Assembly (NCBI GenBank): GCA_951406725.2
Contig: OX597822.1
Span: forward strand, 85,374,001-85,438,000
DNA: 64,000 nt
Direction of reading: 5' to 3'
Origin: Octopus vulgaris
Taxonomy: Eukaryota
In this document: one piece after another, positions 26,410 to 40,806 of the stretch
Numbering within the stretch: position 1 is the stretch's first letter
Layout: each line of letters starts with the position of its first letter
Made by a program: the position numbers and the translations under genes
Notes under the pieces: model-generated
The model's database searches: none
What the model was told of the DNA's origin: nothing
What the model saw: only the letters and a program-made list of their open reading frames with translations

Positions 26410-26415
<6 letters not shown>
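24860..26415. repeat. ~1.5-kb cryptic GT/GTAT/GTAG low-complexity tract
   Basis: Largely alternating purine-pyrimidine, non-periodic mixture of GT, GTAT, GTAG and GCGT units. Confidence 0.9.
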
Positions 26416-26462
<47 letters not shown>

Positions 26463-26591
26463 TAAAAAGAATTCCAACCTTGTCTGATTTTCACGTTTTA
26501 TTTACAATCTTATAATGATATATTATAAGATAATATATTATAATTGAATAAAATAAAATGAAATAGTAGAATGTTAAATATTCATTCTGAT

Positions 26592-26636
26592 TGAACTAGT
26601 ACTTTCATGCATTGAATTCTGCAATCTTCGGGTTCA
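26592..26636 (-). ncRNA. Minimal HHR-like motif in PLE1 3' region (U4C core)
   Basis: TGAAC-CCGAAGA-TTGCA(GAATTCAA)TGCAT-GAAA-GTAC-TA-GTTCA; palindromic AGTACT stem III, CUA triplet. Confidence 0.7.
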
Positions 26637-27130
26637 TGTAGTAGTGTTGACAGTCATGCTTCACAATTTTTGACTGTAGCAAGATGAGTGATTCTGTGCT
26701 ATAAATACAGCTGGGTAGGCTCCAGAGTGCTAGGTTTTGCAAACTGTATTCTGACCAATCAGTGTGTAGTATCACTCAATTACTTAAGCTGATTGGTTGG
26801 TTGAGCTGATTGGTTTAGGCATCACGCTTTGTTGGACAGGTCAAGAGTCCTGTATCTTGACCCTGGCCGAAGCAGCAATTGTTGGGTTATTTTTAGAAAT
26901 GTTGTAAATATCCTTTGTCAGAGATTTTTATATTTTTATATTTCAATTGTCATCATCATCATTGTCAGCACCTTAATTATTGTTGCTAGTGGTGATGGTG
27001 GTGGCAATAGAACTTTTAACCCTAAATAAGATAATTTTCCTGCTATCTTCGTCTTGATCACCTTTAGTATTGTTGTTGTTGTTAGTGGTCATGGTCGTAG
27101 CAGTGGAAGTAATACCTCTAAGTATTATTA

Positions 27131-28543
27131 TTATTGCTTATTTAGCTTGGGTTCGAATTTATCAATAAAATTCTTTTCTCTGATTTTCCTCTCGATTTCA
27201 CTTGGGCTGTGTAATTTGTAGAATGGAAATATTATATATATTTTCCGACCACATGTTGCTAGGTGGTTACTCAAAGGTATCTGACGGACCTCTGGGTCTC
27301 TAATCTGTTGCCGGTGTACACGTGAGCGTTCTAATAGTGCGTTTCCCGTCTGACCTACATATATTTCTTCACAATTTGGGCATTTGATGCAGTAAATTAA
27401 ATTTCTGCTTTTGCAGTTCATATTCGCGTTTGTGAATATTTTCCCGGTTTTTGTGTTTATATATTGACCGGTATGTATGAATTGGCATGTGCCACATCGG
27501 CTATCATTGCATTTAGATACCGTGAATGTTTGGTCTTTGTTGCTGAGGTCAAATTTTGCCTTTGTTAGTAATGTTTTCAAGTTTTTAGGCTGTCTTTTAC
27601 TAAGCACCATAGCTCGATCCTTGATTATGTCTTTTAATTCATTACTTTGGGCAATGATTGGTAGGTTTGCTTTGGCAATGTTGAAGATATTCTGGTGACA
27701 TGGGTTGTGTGTCACTATGAATGGTATGACTTGTTCTTGTTTTCCTCTTCCTTGGGTTGTCCTAAGTTGTTGTATAGGTATTTTTATAGCCCGCTGTATG
27801 CCATTTTCTATAAGTAGAGATGGGTATTTTTGTTTGAGCAAAAATTCTCTTAGTTCTATTAGGCGTTTGTTCCTGATATTTGCATCTTCTACAATAGTAC
27901 AAATTCTTCTGGCTAGGCAGTATGGGATGTTACGTTTTGTATGTGGTGGATGGCACGACTTAAAATTTAGGTATTGATGTGTGTCTGTGTGTTTATAGTA
28001 TATATCTGTGGTGATGGTGGTGTCTTTTTTAATTACCATTATATCCAGGAATGGTAATTTGGTACTACTCATCTCCTTTGTAAATTTGAGAGATGGGTGT
28101 AGGTTGTTCAGGAGGATATTGAACTCTTCCAGAGTATTTAGAGATTCTGTCCAGATTATGAAACAGTCGTCTAGGTATCTCTTCCATGCCTTTTCAATAT
28201 ACTTTCTAAATCCAGTGCCATAGTTTACCTCCACCTCTTGGTAGAGTTGTTCTTCTAAGTATCCCATTACAGAGTTGGCGTAAACGGGAGCAAACCTCGT
28301 TCCCATCGCCGTGCCTCTAATTTGGATGTAATTCTTTCCATTGAAGAAGAATGTGTTATTTTCTAGAATAAGTTTGACTGTGTCTAATATAAATGGCACT
28401 GTGAATCTGCTGGGAATCACTTCTCTATGTTTTTCTAACCAGTATTTAATCGCCTTTATTCCTAAATCGTGTGGAATATTGGTGTAGAGGCTTACCACAT
28501 CAAAACTTAGTAAAACTGAATTTGTTTCTGTTGTTTTGGGAAG
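27131..28543 (-). CDS. Penelope-like reverse transcriptase + GIY-YIG endonuclease (5'-truncated)
   Basis: Frame stays open upstream of the called start (LPKTTETNSVLLSFDVVSLYTNIP); GTAMGTRFAPVYAN, WKRYLDD, LPFLD, Cys linker CNDSRCGTC, NLIYCIKCPNCEEIYVGQT, REKNFIDKFEPKLN; no internal stops. Confidence 0.93.
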   Translation of the reverse strand, partial: LPKTTETNSVLLSFDVVSLYTNIPHDLGIKAIKYWLEKHREVIPSRFTVPFILDTVKLILENNTFFFNGKNYIQIRGTAMGTRFAPVYANSVMGYLEEQLYQEVEVNYGTGFRKYIEKAWKRYLDDCFIIWTESLNTLEEFNILLNNLHPSLKFTKEMSSTKLPFLDIMVIKKDTTITTDIYYKHTDTHQYLNFKSCHPPHTKRNIPYCLARRICTIVEDANIRNKRLIELREFLLKQKYPSLLIENGIQRAIKIPIQQLRTTQGRGKQEQVIPFIVTHNPCHQNIFNIAKANLPIIAQSNELKDIIKDRAMVLSKRQPKNLKTLLTKAKFDLSNKDQTFTVSKCNDSRCGTCQFIHTGQYINTKTGKIFTNANMNCKSRNLIYCIKCPNCEEIYVGQTGNALLERSRVHRQQIRDPEVRQIPLSNHLATCGRKIYIIFPFYKLHSPSEIERKIREKNFIDKFEPKLNKQ

Positions 28544-28799
28544 TATATATATATATATATATACTTTTTAAAGCAAGGACGCTTTAAGTGAGAAAATAAG
28601 AAAAAAGTGGAAATAACGTGAAGAAGGTTAGTACAAAAACTGGAACGAGAAGAAAGTGACGAAACCAAGAAAACTAAGATCCCCGTCCTCCCTGATTGCA
28701 GAAACCACAATACAGTAGGTATAGATCAAAATAACAGAAAATCTGCCAAAGTCTGCGAACCACCAACTAAATTTGACAATTACTCCAATTCGACAAAAG

Positions 28800-29195
28800 A
28801 AACTTGTCTATATGTCTACACCTGCTAAAAATTTCAGATCTGGAATTAAGCAGTGTTGGAATTGTTGGATCTAAGAAGAATATAAAATCTCTCTACTACG
28901 CATAAATTGCATTTCTTCGATCCATTAACATATGACTGGGACTTCTCCACGATTCTCCACGATTCTCCACTTGATTGTATGTGGTGTGGAGCTGATCATC
29001 AACTTCGTTGCGTTACTTTTGTTGATGTGGTGGAAAGAATATAAATGGTTTGCATAACGCTTTTTTAATTCGCCTTCACATAACTCGATGTAATGCTTCC
29101 TTTCAGTTGATTTATCTTGAAGCGTTGCTTTGACTTCTGCCTCGAATATGTCGGAGTTTATCATACACGTCTGGACAAGTGGACAAGTTACAATA
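28800..29195 (-). pseudogene. Degenerate GIY-YIG C-terminal fragment of a PLE related to PLE2
   Basis: IFEAEV..KHYIELCEGELKKRYANHLYSF..NATKL..IKWRIV parallels PLE2 IYEATV..KYVGLTEGNFKARFNNHTLSF..ATQL..IQWKIL. Confidence 0.7.
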
Positions 29196-29487
29196 GAAAG
29201 TGGTGATTTTTACGATTCAAGATCCTGAAGCATAAACAAAGCCTAAAAGATTGCTTGGAGATACATGGCACATTTTATAAATATGCCTAAAGTATCATAA
29301 AAGCATGAAACTATTAGTAGTTTTTTCAGTTATGTATTAAATTGATATTTCTCAATGGATGCGGTGCTTTTTTGTTGATTTTACCTATACAGGATGTGTG
29401 TGTGTGTGTATTATATTTCATAATCCTGACAGAAGCACATCATTATCGTTGATGCAATTCACACACACATACATACACATACACACA

Positions 29488-29519
<32 letters not shown>

Positions 29520-29926
29520 CACACACGCGCGCGCACAAATCTATATGGGGATGGGGTATACTGTAGATTGTTCCGCTCTCGGTCGGCTCTTGTAGCGTGG
29601 AGAAATGGTCGTAGAGAGTGGACCAAGAGAGCTTAATCACGATGCAAAGTTACCAGTAGCGAAAGAAGGTAAGGAAGAAAGGATGGGGAGAGAGGGGGGA
29701 GAAGAGAAAACTAGATTCCAGTACTGGTATTTTATTTTTCAAAACACACACACACACACACAAAAGAATAAATCGCAAGGTGGACATCAATGAGATATGA
29801 ACTTGGAGCAGAGAGAGAACAAATATGATACGGCTTCTTGGCGGACATTCTAAGGTTTCTATCAATTTATTATATATATATGGGGAGGGTGGATGTATGA
29901 GTGGGTGTTGTGGGCGGGTGCATATG

Positions 29927-29958
<32 letters not shown>

Positions 29959-30051
29959 TGTATGTATGTATGTATGTATGTATGTATGTATGTATGTATG
30001 TATGTATGTATTGTGTGTGCATATATGTATGTATGTATCTATCAGTCTATT

Positions 30052-30052
<1 letters not shown>

Positions 30053-30112
<60 letters not shown>

Positions 30113-30113
30113 G

Positions 30114-30204
<91 letters not shown>

Positions 30205-30208
30205 GGAT

Positions 30209-30287
<79 letters not shown>
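30053..30287. repeat. (GATA)n microsatellite
   Basis: Direct reading; similar (GATA)n/(GACA)n tracts at 34385-34580, 38203-38416 and 60925-61085. Confidence 0.97.
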
Positions 30288-30288
<1 letters not shown>

Positions 30289-31028
30289 CTAGTAGTACTA
30301 GCATTTACCAATTTTCTGGGCCTGGGAATCCAAGACAACAAAAATATGAACTGTATTTAATTTAGATTTAGATTAACGATGTTTTGGCGTCTTCTATTTA
30401 TTTGTAATCTAGAGAACGATTGGTAGGAAAAGCTTAATGGCTCGAGTTTCAGAAACGTATATAGATTTTCAGACAGAGATCATTAGATCTTCTTCGCAAT
30501 GCAGTACGCTACTCAAAATAATATTTTGGGAAAGGTAAAATCTGTTCGGTTCCCAGCCGATATATCCAAGTCAATTGAAACGTTTCGATAAGCGTCGGTC
30601 GGCTGTTTTCTTCAATTTTTCTTTTTTTGTCAATTCTTCTTATTTTTATTTTTAAACAATGAATGATACATTGGATTAGAGAGAATTATGGGATTTATTG
30701 TCATACAAAAGTATTGTTCTGAAAGAAAAGAAAGATTGAAATGAAGTATACCTGAGATTTTAAGAAAATTTTTCACGAATAAGAAAGTAATCGATATTTT
30801 CTTTCTTTCTTTCTTCCTGTCCTTCTTTTTCCTTTCTTTCTTTATTTCCTGTGTTTTGGAGGGAAAACGAAAAGGGAAGGAAAATTTGCAGTGTCAGTTT
30901 CCACTTAAACATATCTGATTATTGTGGCTCAGTCTGTACCTGTTCGCGCATGCGCACATACTTACACACACATACACACACACACATACACGCACACGTA
31001 AACGCACACACACACACACACACATATA

Positions 31029-31256
31029 CAGTAATCCCTCGACTATCGCGAGTGTTAAGCGACAGAACCCTCTCCCCCGTGATAAGCGAAAATCCACGAA
31101 ATAGAAACAGTACTGTACTGTATATGTTTTAAAATTATTTTTATAGTTTGTATATATTTATTTTATTATAAATGCAAAACAACACCGCGGAGGAACCGAC
31201 GTAAGATTCAATAATAAACCGCGATGGGCGAACCGCGATAAGGCGAGGGATTACTG
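31029..31256. mobile_element. Tigger/pogo-like MITE
   Basis: TIRs CAGTAATCCCTCG / CGAGGGATTACTG with TA TSD. Confidence 0.88.
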
Positions 31257-32631
31257 TATACGCACACACACACACACACACATACAAATATATATATATA
31301 TATATATATATACACAGGCATATTTATATTTATATCAATCTAATCAAGTATATATATATGTTCTCTTCTGGTTTTAATTATTTATATTCTTCCTTTGAGG
31401 GAAGAGCTTGTTTCTAACACAAAGCTCCGTCGCTGGAAAGTAGATAACCTTTTAAATTTAGGAAAAGTCCTGCATATGTCTAATGTATGTATGTACGTAC
31501 GTACGTATGCGTGTATACATGTATACATCAATGCTGCAATTAATGGAATTTATACCTAGCCATCCCTTTGCTTTTTAAATTTGCGATTAAAATCTTTGTT
31601 ATCAGAGAAAAGCAGAGCAGTTTTTATGCAAATAGAAATTAGTGAAATATACTCTTTTTTAAAAATACTGTAGGTATAGAGAATATTCCGTAGGTATAGA
31701 GAAAAATTTCTTGAACAATATTTGAATCATTTTCTGGAAGTCGCTATCAGAACAAAATATTTATGCTTCTTTTAACCCCTTAAAAACTTCAGCTAAGAAT
31801 AAATCTTGGCTGTAAGTTGCACCAACTTCTTCAAAAGCCACTTCTTACTCGATTTGACCAAGGCTATTTGCTGATTGAGCATGATTTCCCTCTATCCTAT
31901 GATTATATTTAACAATATCAGGTCAGCATTGTTCCAAATTCGAAAGAGAAATTAATTACATATTTGACTTCTCTCCATTATTTGTATTGCTTTCATAAAG
32001 GCTGTAGTTTCTCCTGGATTCTTTGACACACTTATGTTTATCATCAACCGTTCTAATTACTTGATCTTATACTTTGAAAACGGAAAGAGCTCCATAGAAA
32101 GAAAACGATTTCAAAAAGGTTTAATTGTTTGGTTTAAAGGATGACCGGAAGTCATGTCTAAAAACGGAAATGCTTGTACTCAGAATTATTCTCCTCAAAA
32201 TACTTTGTAAAGTTCAAGAAATTGTCTAGTTTCGATAATTTTCGAAGAAAAGTTAGAGCGGGGCGTAAGTATTCAATGAATTATAGAAAACTTATCCCAT
32301 GTTAATCAAAGTTTTCTGTCAGATTTAACATATAAGAGTTAAATTTCAATTTGAAAACGCCTTTCATCGTCGTTGGCGTATCAGAACGTGAACCATCCAA
32401 TGGCTTAAGTTTCAAGTGTCCAGAAATGAGACGATATTTTATATCCTGCTTTATATAAGGAGTACCGAAAAGTAATGTCATATATTTAAGTAAACAATCC
32501 GACATCATAACATAAATAGTTTACAAGCCAATCAAAGGTGTCCTTATAATCAACCAATCAGCATAGAGTTTATAACCAAATGTCAATGTAGACACATGCT
32601 GTGTGTGTGTATGTTTTATATGAAACTGGCC

Positions 32632-33650
32632 ATGGAAGACAAAGACTAGTTCGTTGCATATTTGGTATTGCATGCTTTAAGAGTTTCCTAAGGATAACAA
32701 TGCAACGCATGCCAGGAAAAACATATGTTCCGTATATAACCTGACGGTGTGAGTTTTCAGAAATGCCAAAGGTGGTTTAATAAATTTAAAAGAGAAAAAA
32801 CAATGATTTTGATCTTTTGGATGAATATCAATCAAGATCAACTGTTCTCAATAATGACACATAGAAAGCAACAATTGAAGAGGATCCACATCAAAGCATC
32901 GGGGAATTATTCCACAGGTTTAATAAGCCTTGGTCCGCTGAGCAAGATCATAAGCAAATTTGAAAAAGTTTTTAGAGAACGGAAGTGGGTACCTCAGGAG
33001 CTGTCCCCTGAGAATGTAGCAGTGTGTTCAACAATTTGCGACAATTTTCTGATCAGGAATGAACAAACACCTTCTATTAATTGAATTGTAACACGCGATG
33101 AGAAATGGATAGCTAACCCATACCGATAATAAACTTAAGAAGCAGTGACCATCACCAAAGGAAAATCCATTTTCAACATCCGAACCAAATCTTCCCCCAT
33201 AGAAGATTTTGCTGTGCGTTTGGTGGAGTACATCAGAGGTCGTTCACTTTAAATTATTGGAACAAAGAGAAAGTATCATTGCAGAACTTCGCTGTCAACA
33301 TCTTGGACGAGTCAATGGAGTTTTGCTCAAAAGGCCATCGTCTCTTGCTCAACAGAAAAATGATAATGCAAGGCCACATTTAGCGAAGATATAACCTAGG
33401 AAAAGATAAATTATCTTGGTTGGGGAACTCTATCTCACCCTTCCTATTCACCAGACCTAACTCCATCAGATTTTCACCCAATTGAGTCACTTGAATTCTT
33501 TACCATTGGAAAAACTTTCGGAAGCAAGAACGATGTTGAAACGGCATTTCTAAACAACAAGAATTTTTTTTTTTCTTTTTTTTTTTTTTCACCTATGGAA
33601 ACAGGAAAATGGTTTTGGAAACGGTGGCGATTATATTTTGACTGGATAAA
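32632..33650 (+). pseudogene. Decayed mariner (DD34D) transposase
   Basis: CQRWFNKFK, WVPQELS, IVTRDEKWI, LLCVWWSTSEVVHFKLL, DNARPH, LSHPSYSPDLTPSDFH, NGGDYI; multiple stops and frameshifts. Confidence 0.9.
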
Positions 33651-34435
33651 TGTATTTTCGATATGTTATATATTGATTCAACATTATTTTTCGGTGCCGC
33701 AAATACTATGGGGCCTTTGTCTTCCTATATTAAATTTTCTGGATACTTACCTCTTTCTATAATACCCTCTAAGTGACGTGGAAATTCGGATGTAACCTGG
33801 ATGTCAGCACATCCTGATATCAATGTTATCTGAATATTACAGAAACTTTATCGTTTCTAGAACTTTTCAAACCACCCTCATCAGTTGGCAAATTAACGAT
33901 CGTCTGCTGATGATGTTTAACAAATAAAGTAACCATGAAACTATGGCCAACTTCGGAAAACCAAGAAAGAAAACGAAATTTACAAAGGGCGAGAGTTTAA
34001 GACTGGAGTGAGAGGGTCGTTTGAGTGAGCGCGCTTACGTGAGAGTGTATTGGAGAAAGTTTCAGAGTAAGATTTTCAGAGGATAACAATTCAGTTTTGG
34101 AGATGAGAGAGAGAAAGATTCAAGGGAGAGAAGGGAGAAAGTGATAGAAAAGAAGAGAGAAAGGGAGAGGGAGAAACAAAGAAGGATTTATGAAGAGAGA
34201 GAGAGAGAGAGGGGGAGAGAGAGAGAGAGAGAGTGGCAGTTTTGACGTAGAGTATTTTTTAGACAGAAAGAGTGAATATTTCAGAGAAGGAAAGATTAAG
34301 AGCGCGAGATGGAGGCAGAATAAGCAAAAGAAAGAAACGCCAGAAGAAAGATAGGAAGGAAAGAGAAAAAAGATACATAGAGAGAGAGATAGATAGAGAG
34401 ACAGACAGACAGACAGACAGACAGGCAGGCAAACA

Positions 34436-34476
<41 letters not shown>

Positions 34477-34494
34477 ACAGACAGATAGACAGAC

Positions 34495-34581
<87 letters not shown>

Positions 34582-35203
34582 ATGAAATGGTGATAGAAAG
34601 AAATGAAATAAGAGGAAGAGAAAGAATGAGAGAAGCAATAATATAAAGGGAAGGAAAGAAAGAAAGAAAGAAAGAGTAAGAGTGAGAGAGAGAGAGAAAG
34701 ATAAGCCATATGTAGATTTTCCCAGAGTCGATTGATTTAGCGATTTGTTGGCACTTAACTGTGATGTGAGGTTAAAGAAGCAGCAGGCTAGGTGCTTCAG
34801 TATTGGAGAGAAGACGGGGAACAGGATGAATGCCACATCATTACATATACACACACACATACACATACACACACAGCAAACATTTATATACAGGTGATAA
34901 TGATAGGTGGGTGGGTGTCTGTGCACGCGAGCGTGCGTGTGTTTGTGTGTGCACACATAGACATGTCTGCACAGAAAAGTTAGGAAACGGACATAGGACA
35001 TCACAAACAGAAACACCAAATCCTACACACACACACACGCGCGCACACACACGCGCGCACACACACGCGCGCACACACACGCACACACACATGAACACAC
35101 ACTTGATGTCACAAACGTATTCGTTTTGCTTCCACTCTTTCACTTGTTTTAGTAGTGAATAGTCATGATGGGGTATCGTCCTGATATGCGCGAGTGTGTG
35201 CGT

Positions 35204-35273
<70 letters not shown>

Positions 35274-35375
35274 CAATTTTATTTCAAGATTTCTTGCCAA
35301 TGGAGAAAGAGCTGCTTTCTAATCCAGATCCAAGACTCCTTCATTGGAATTTCAGCAACAACGGCAGGGTGTCTG

Positions 35376-35407
<32 letters not shown>

Positions 35408-35440
35408 TGTATGTATGTATGTATGTATGTATGTATGTGC

Positions 35441-35474
<34 letters not shown>

Positions 35475-35672
35475 ATGTATATATGTATAATTTTGTTTGC
35501 GTCTTCTTGTTCTGAGTTTCGCCTGCTGCTCTGAGTTTCGTCTGAAGCGGCTGAGCAACCACTGGCGAAACGCAGAGTAGTAAGAGACTAACTTGACTAA
35601 GACAAAATATTAATAATCGCTGCTAATTGTGCCTTGTAGTCTTTCTTCCAACAGTCACCACTAAACGTTTGT

Positions 35673-36240
35673 ATGCCAATAGGGTGTGAGGAACGTAAGA
35701 TAACACACCCTTTTGAATTAATTGTTCCACATGAAGACAATTTAGATGCAACCCATGTTAGGAAAGCGGAGCGTTATGAGACACTACTGGAAGATTGTGC
35801 ATACGCTGGTTGGAGTGCAATACACTTTCCTGTAGGAGTTGGACGTAAGGGGTTTTATTAGGACTAGACTGAAGTGGCGGCTGCTATCAATTGGTGTCCA
35901 ATATCGTCAAACAAAAGCCGTCTTGGAGGAGATCCAGGCGACGCTTGAGTGGGCTAGCCATTGGATATTGCTGGAAAGGAATGAAAAACCTGACTGGAGA
36001 GGTTATGATCCCAAAATGGAGATGTGGTCGAATACTATTCACTCGAAACAGTGAGTGGTGCCTCACATCAATGAAGGTTGGGGTCGGTATGCTGTAAAAG
36101 CTGTTGAGAGGAAGGCCCCGAAACGGTGCATATTCTCTGCTGATAAACCCTGAAACCTACTGGCATCAAGTACTTGGCGTTTTCGACTAAATGCACCCAC
36201 ACTAGTAAGCTGTTTCCAGATAGATGTGTTAATACATACG
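35673..36240 (+). mobile_element. HERO-like non-LTR retrotransposon 3' fragment (REL endonuclease)
   Basis: ELIVPHEDNLDATHVRKAERYETLLEDCAYAGW..FPVGVGRKGF then ..ASHWILLER, matching the ELTVPWEE..ERK..KY..GW..P.EVGCRGF pattern. Confidence 0.75.
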
Positions 36241-36258
36241 CATATATTATCAGTATTC

Positions 36259-36300
<42 letters not shown>

Positions 36301-36305
<5 letters not shown>

Positions 36306-36506
36306 TCCAAACATGAAACACAAAGAGAAAACACAACGCGAGGACGTGGAACAAGTATAGTATTATTGGACGCTCAGGAAAGGAAAGAAAGAAGGAGGAT
36401 TTAACGTTTCGAGAGGAGCTCTTCGTCAGAAACATAGGAAAAGGAAATTTCCAAGGAAGGGAACACAGAGGGAAAAAAATCGCCAACGATACACACGCAG
36501 TCACAT
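36301..36506 (-). mobile_element. HHR-bearing element family A (most complete copy)
   Basis: Minus strand GTTT-CTGACGA-A-GAGC(TCC)TCTC-GAAA-CG-TT-AAAT at 36399-36433; (TA)n on both sides. Confidence 0.72.
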
Positions 36507-36884
36507 ATATAGTTATGGTTTATTCTGCTAAGAATGTAGGAGAGCGCAGTATAAAGCTTGTCCACCTTCAGATTTCACCCTATACAATTCGGTAGTAGTT
36601 GTATTATACGTACTTACAGGTTTGCGTTTGGGATTCTGTCGTGTGTGAATAGATTATTGAAAAAAATTGGAGTCAACAAGAAGGGATATGGATGGACATT
36701 TATTTTTTAATCACTACAATTGTTTCCACGCAGTGTAGTTCTCCGGACGTGCAAGTACTCGATTATGCAACCGTTTCCTCGCATTATGAGGTCTAGTTGT
36801 TTTCTCAGGCGATATATCGCCTGAGGAAACACACACATACATATATGTGTATATATATAAATATACATATACATATGTATATGA

Positions 36885-37035
36885 ATTTTTTCTATTTTCT
36901 ACTTTCTCTTCCTGTTTATTTCTTTGTTCCTTTCTGTCAAAGAGCGTAGGCTTGAAACGTAAAAGACTTTCTCACTTCCCGAGCATTAAACTAATGCACC
37001 AGTTTCTTGTTTAAACACTCGTATTCGTGTATTGT
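36885..37035 (+). mobile_element. HHR-bearing element family B
   Basis: CTTT-CTGTCAAA-GAGC(GTAG)GCTT-GAAA-CG-TA-AAAG at 36930-36966. Confidence 0.65.
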
Positions 37036-37202
37036 TTTTTTTTTTTGTTGTAAATTCTTACTACGTATACATACATACATACATACATACATACATACAT
37101 ACATACATACATACATACATACACATACACACATATATATATACATATATAAATATATATATATATATATATGTGTGTGTATATACATATATATATATAT
37201 AT

Positions 37203-37262
<60 letters not shown>

Positions 37263-37639
37263 AGTAAATGCAGGGATAAGCATGTTAGACCGATCAATAT
37301 ATAAGGTATATAAAATACGTGAAATACAAAAAAATGTATATATGTTTACATAAAAAAAGGGTTCGATATAAATGATATAGAGAATTAAAGGGGGTTAAGG
37401 GAGGTATTACAAATCCAACAGATGTTCCTGGGGGCTCGGTGGTCAAAAATATTGTTTGTAGATTGATTCCATCATAGGATGAGACGTGCCTCCGTCATCA
37501 TGGAAGAAATCTTACATTTGACGTATTCACAGAAAGCAAAAGACGAGCACAGATGAGGGACAATAAGCGGGTTTATTAGTTTGACGCTCGTGTGTCTCTC
37601 TGTCTGTGTGTATGAATGTATGTATGTGTGTATGTGCAG

Positions 37640-37990
37640 CCATATTTTTGTATCGAGCAGGCCTGATGACGCAGCAAAGAAAGCCGTATAGAAAGACCTG
37701 TTACAAACTACAACGACTTTCTTGCTGGGTCCAGCCCCACAAGCAGTGTCCGCCAGAAAGCGTGTATAAATCCGGGATTGATCCAGGCATGTGAGGGTGC
37801 CTAGAGAAAATAATCAGAATAATCAGGAACAACCAAGAGGTCAGGAATTTCTATGAATGTCGAACCTGCAACAAGTTCTGTAAGTCGCTGGCAGGATTCA
37901 AATGCCGTTGTTCTCACGAGATGTAATACAGTGATACATTTTATTTAGTCAGCGGTGGTCATACGTGTTTAACGAGCCGGCAGCCATCAT
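37640..37990 (+). mobile_element. Degenerate RTE LINE 3' end with (ATGT)n tail
   Basis: YECRTCNKFCKSLAGFK zinc-finger remnant; GGTCATACGTGTTTAACGAGCCGGCAGCCATCAT followed by (GTAT)n. Confidence 0.7.
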
Positions 37991-38253
37991 GTATGTATGT
38001 ATGTATGTATGTATGTATGTATGTATGTATGTATGTATGTATGTATGTATGTATGTATGTATGTATGTATGTATACGGATATATATCTTTATACATTTAT
38101 TTGCATGTACACGCATACAATTTTATTACGCATATTTAAGACCCCATTTCTCATTCGCTACCTATAGAATTATTGATGCATATAAGCCTACAGACAGCCA
38201 GGTAGATGATAGATAGATAAATAGATAGATAGATGGATAGCTATCTAGCTAGC

Positions 38254-38341
<88 letters not shown>

Positions 38342-38346
38342 TAGAC

Positions 38347-38417
<71 letters not shown>

Positions 38418-38622
38418 AGTCTAATAGGAAAAACAGCTAGACAATCGTGTGTTTTAAAACTTAGCATTTAAAAGAAATTATTGAATTTCTCAAAGTAGAA
38501 AGTTCCTCACCAAAGGCAAATTGAGCGACACACTTTATCCCAGAACACCTGGTTGAGTTCACACGCGGATTTATACATACATGCTACTTATAGATTTTTC
38601 TACATGTTTCTGCGTGTGTGTA

Positions 38623-38663
<41 letters not shown>

Positions 38664-39087
38664 ATATATGTCTGTTATTATATATGTAAGTATATTCTTA
38701 GCTTGCGTATCTAATACGTATATATATTTGAAATTCTAGAATCAGATTTACTGACATGTATATATAAATTTATATTTGTAATGTTAGCACACTCACACAT
38801 ACAAATACACACACATACACGCACACACACACACACCGTACGCGCTCGCGCGCACACACACATTTTGTCTATCTGAATTTATATGTAAATATGTATTTGC
38901 GTATTTGTGCATGACACACACATACACAAGCATCTATTCATACTCACAGATGGGTGTGTGTATATGTGAGTAGTTACCTGTGCATATGTATATGTGTGTA
39001 TGTCTGAGAAAGAGGGAGAGTCAGAGGGAGAGAAAGAGAGAGGGAGAGAAAGAGAGAGTGTGGGGAATGCTTTCTGAGATTCTTAAC

Positions 39088-39299
39088 ATCCTTTCTATTG
39101 GAAGCACAAGGCCTCAAATTTGGAGGAAGGGATTAAGTCGATTACATCGACCCCAGTTCGCAACTGGTACTTAATTTATCGCCCCCGAAAGGATGAAAGG
39201 ATAAGTTGACCTCGGCGGAATTTGAACCAAGAACGTAACGGCAGACGAAATACCGCTAAGCGTATCACCCGGCATGCTAACAGTTCTGCCAGCTCGCCT
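39088..39299 (-). mobile_element. SINE family 2
   Basis: Reverse-complement near full-length copy. Confidence 0.85.
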
Positions 39300-39301
39300 T
39301 G

Positions 39302-40687
<1,386 letters not shown>

Positions 40688-40708
40688 TGTGTGTGTGATA
40701 TTTTTATG

Positions 40709-40758
<50 letters not shown>

Positions 40759-40806
40759 TACATACATACATACATACATACATACATACATACATACATA
40801 CATACA

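Larger units (their letters stand above)
26460..28544 (-). mobile_element. 5'-truncated Penelope-like element 1 flanked by (TA)n
   Basis: RT+GIY-YIG ORF, 3' non-coding region with HHR, (TA)n at 26417-26459 and 28545-28563. Confidence 0.92.

Noticed and set aside
24259-26477. Long His/Thr/Tyr-rich ORFs (432 and 615 aa) and the many similar MYVC/HTYI/IYLS ORFs across the window
   Set aside because: Translations of stop-poor microsatellites; no domain content
31520-32420. Possible decayed pogo/Tigger transposase C-terminus on the minus strand
   Set aside because: Only vague similarity; no unambiguous motif
37648-37702. CTGATGA...GAAA resembling a hammerhead
   Set aside because: No stem II/III pairing or NUH site; lies in degenerate RTE coding sequence
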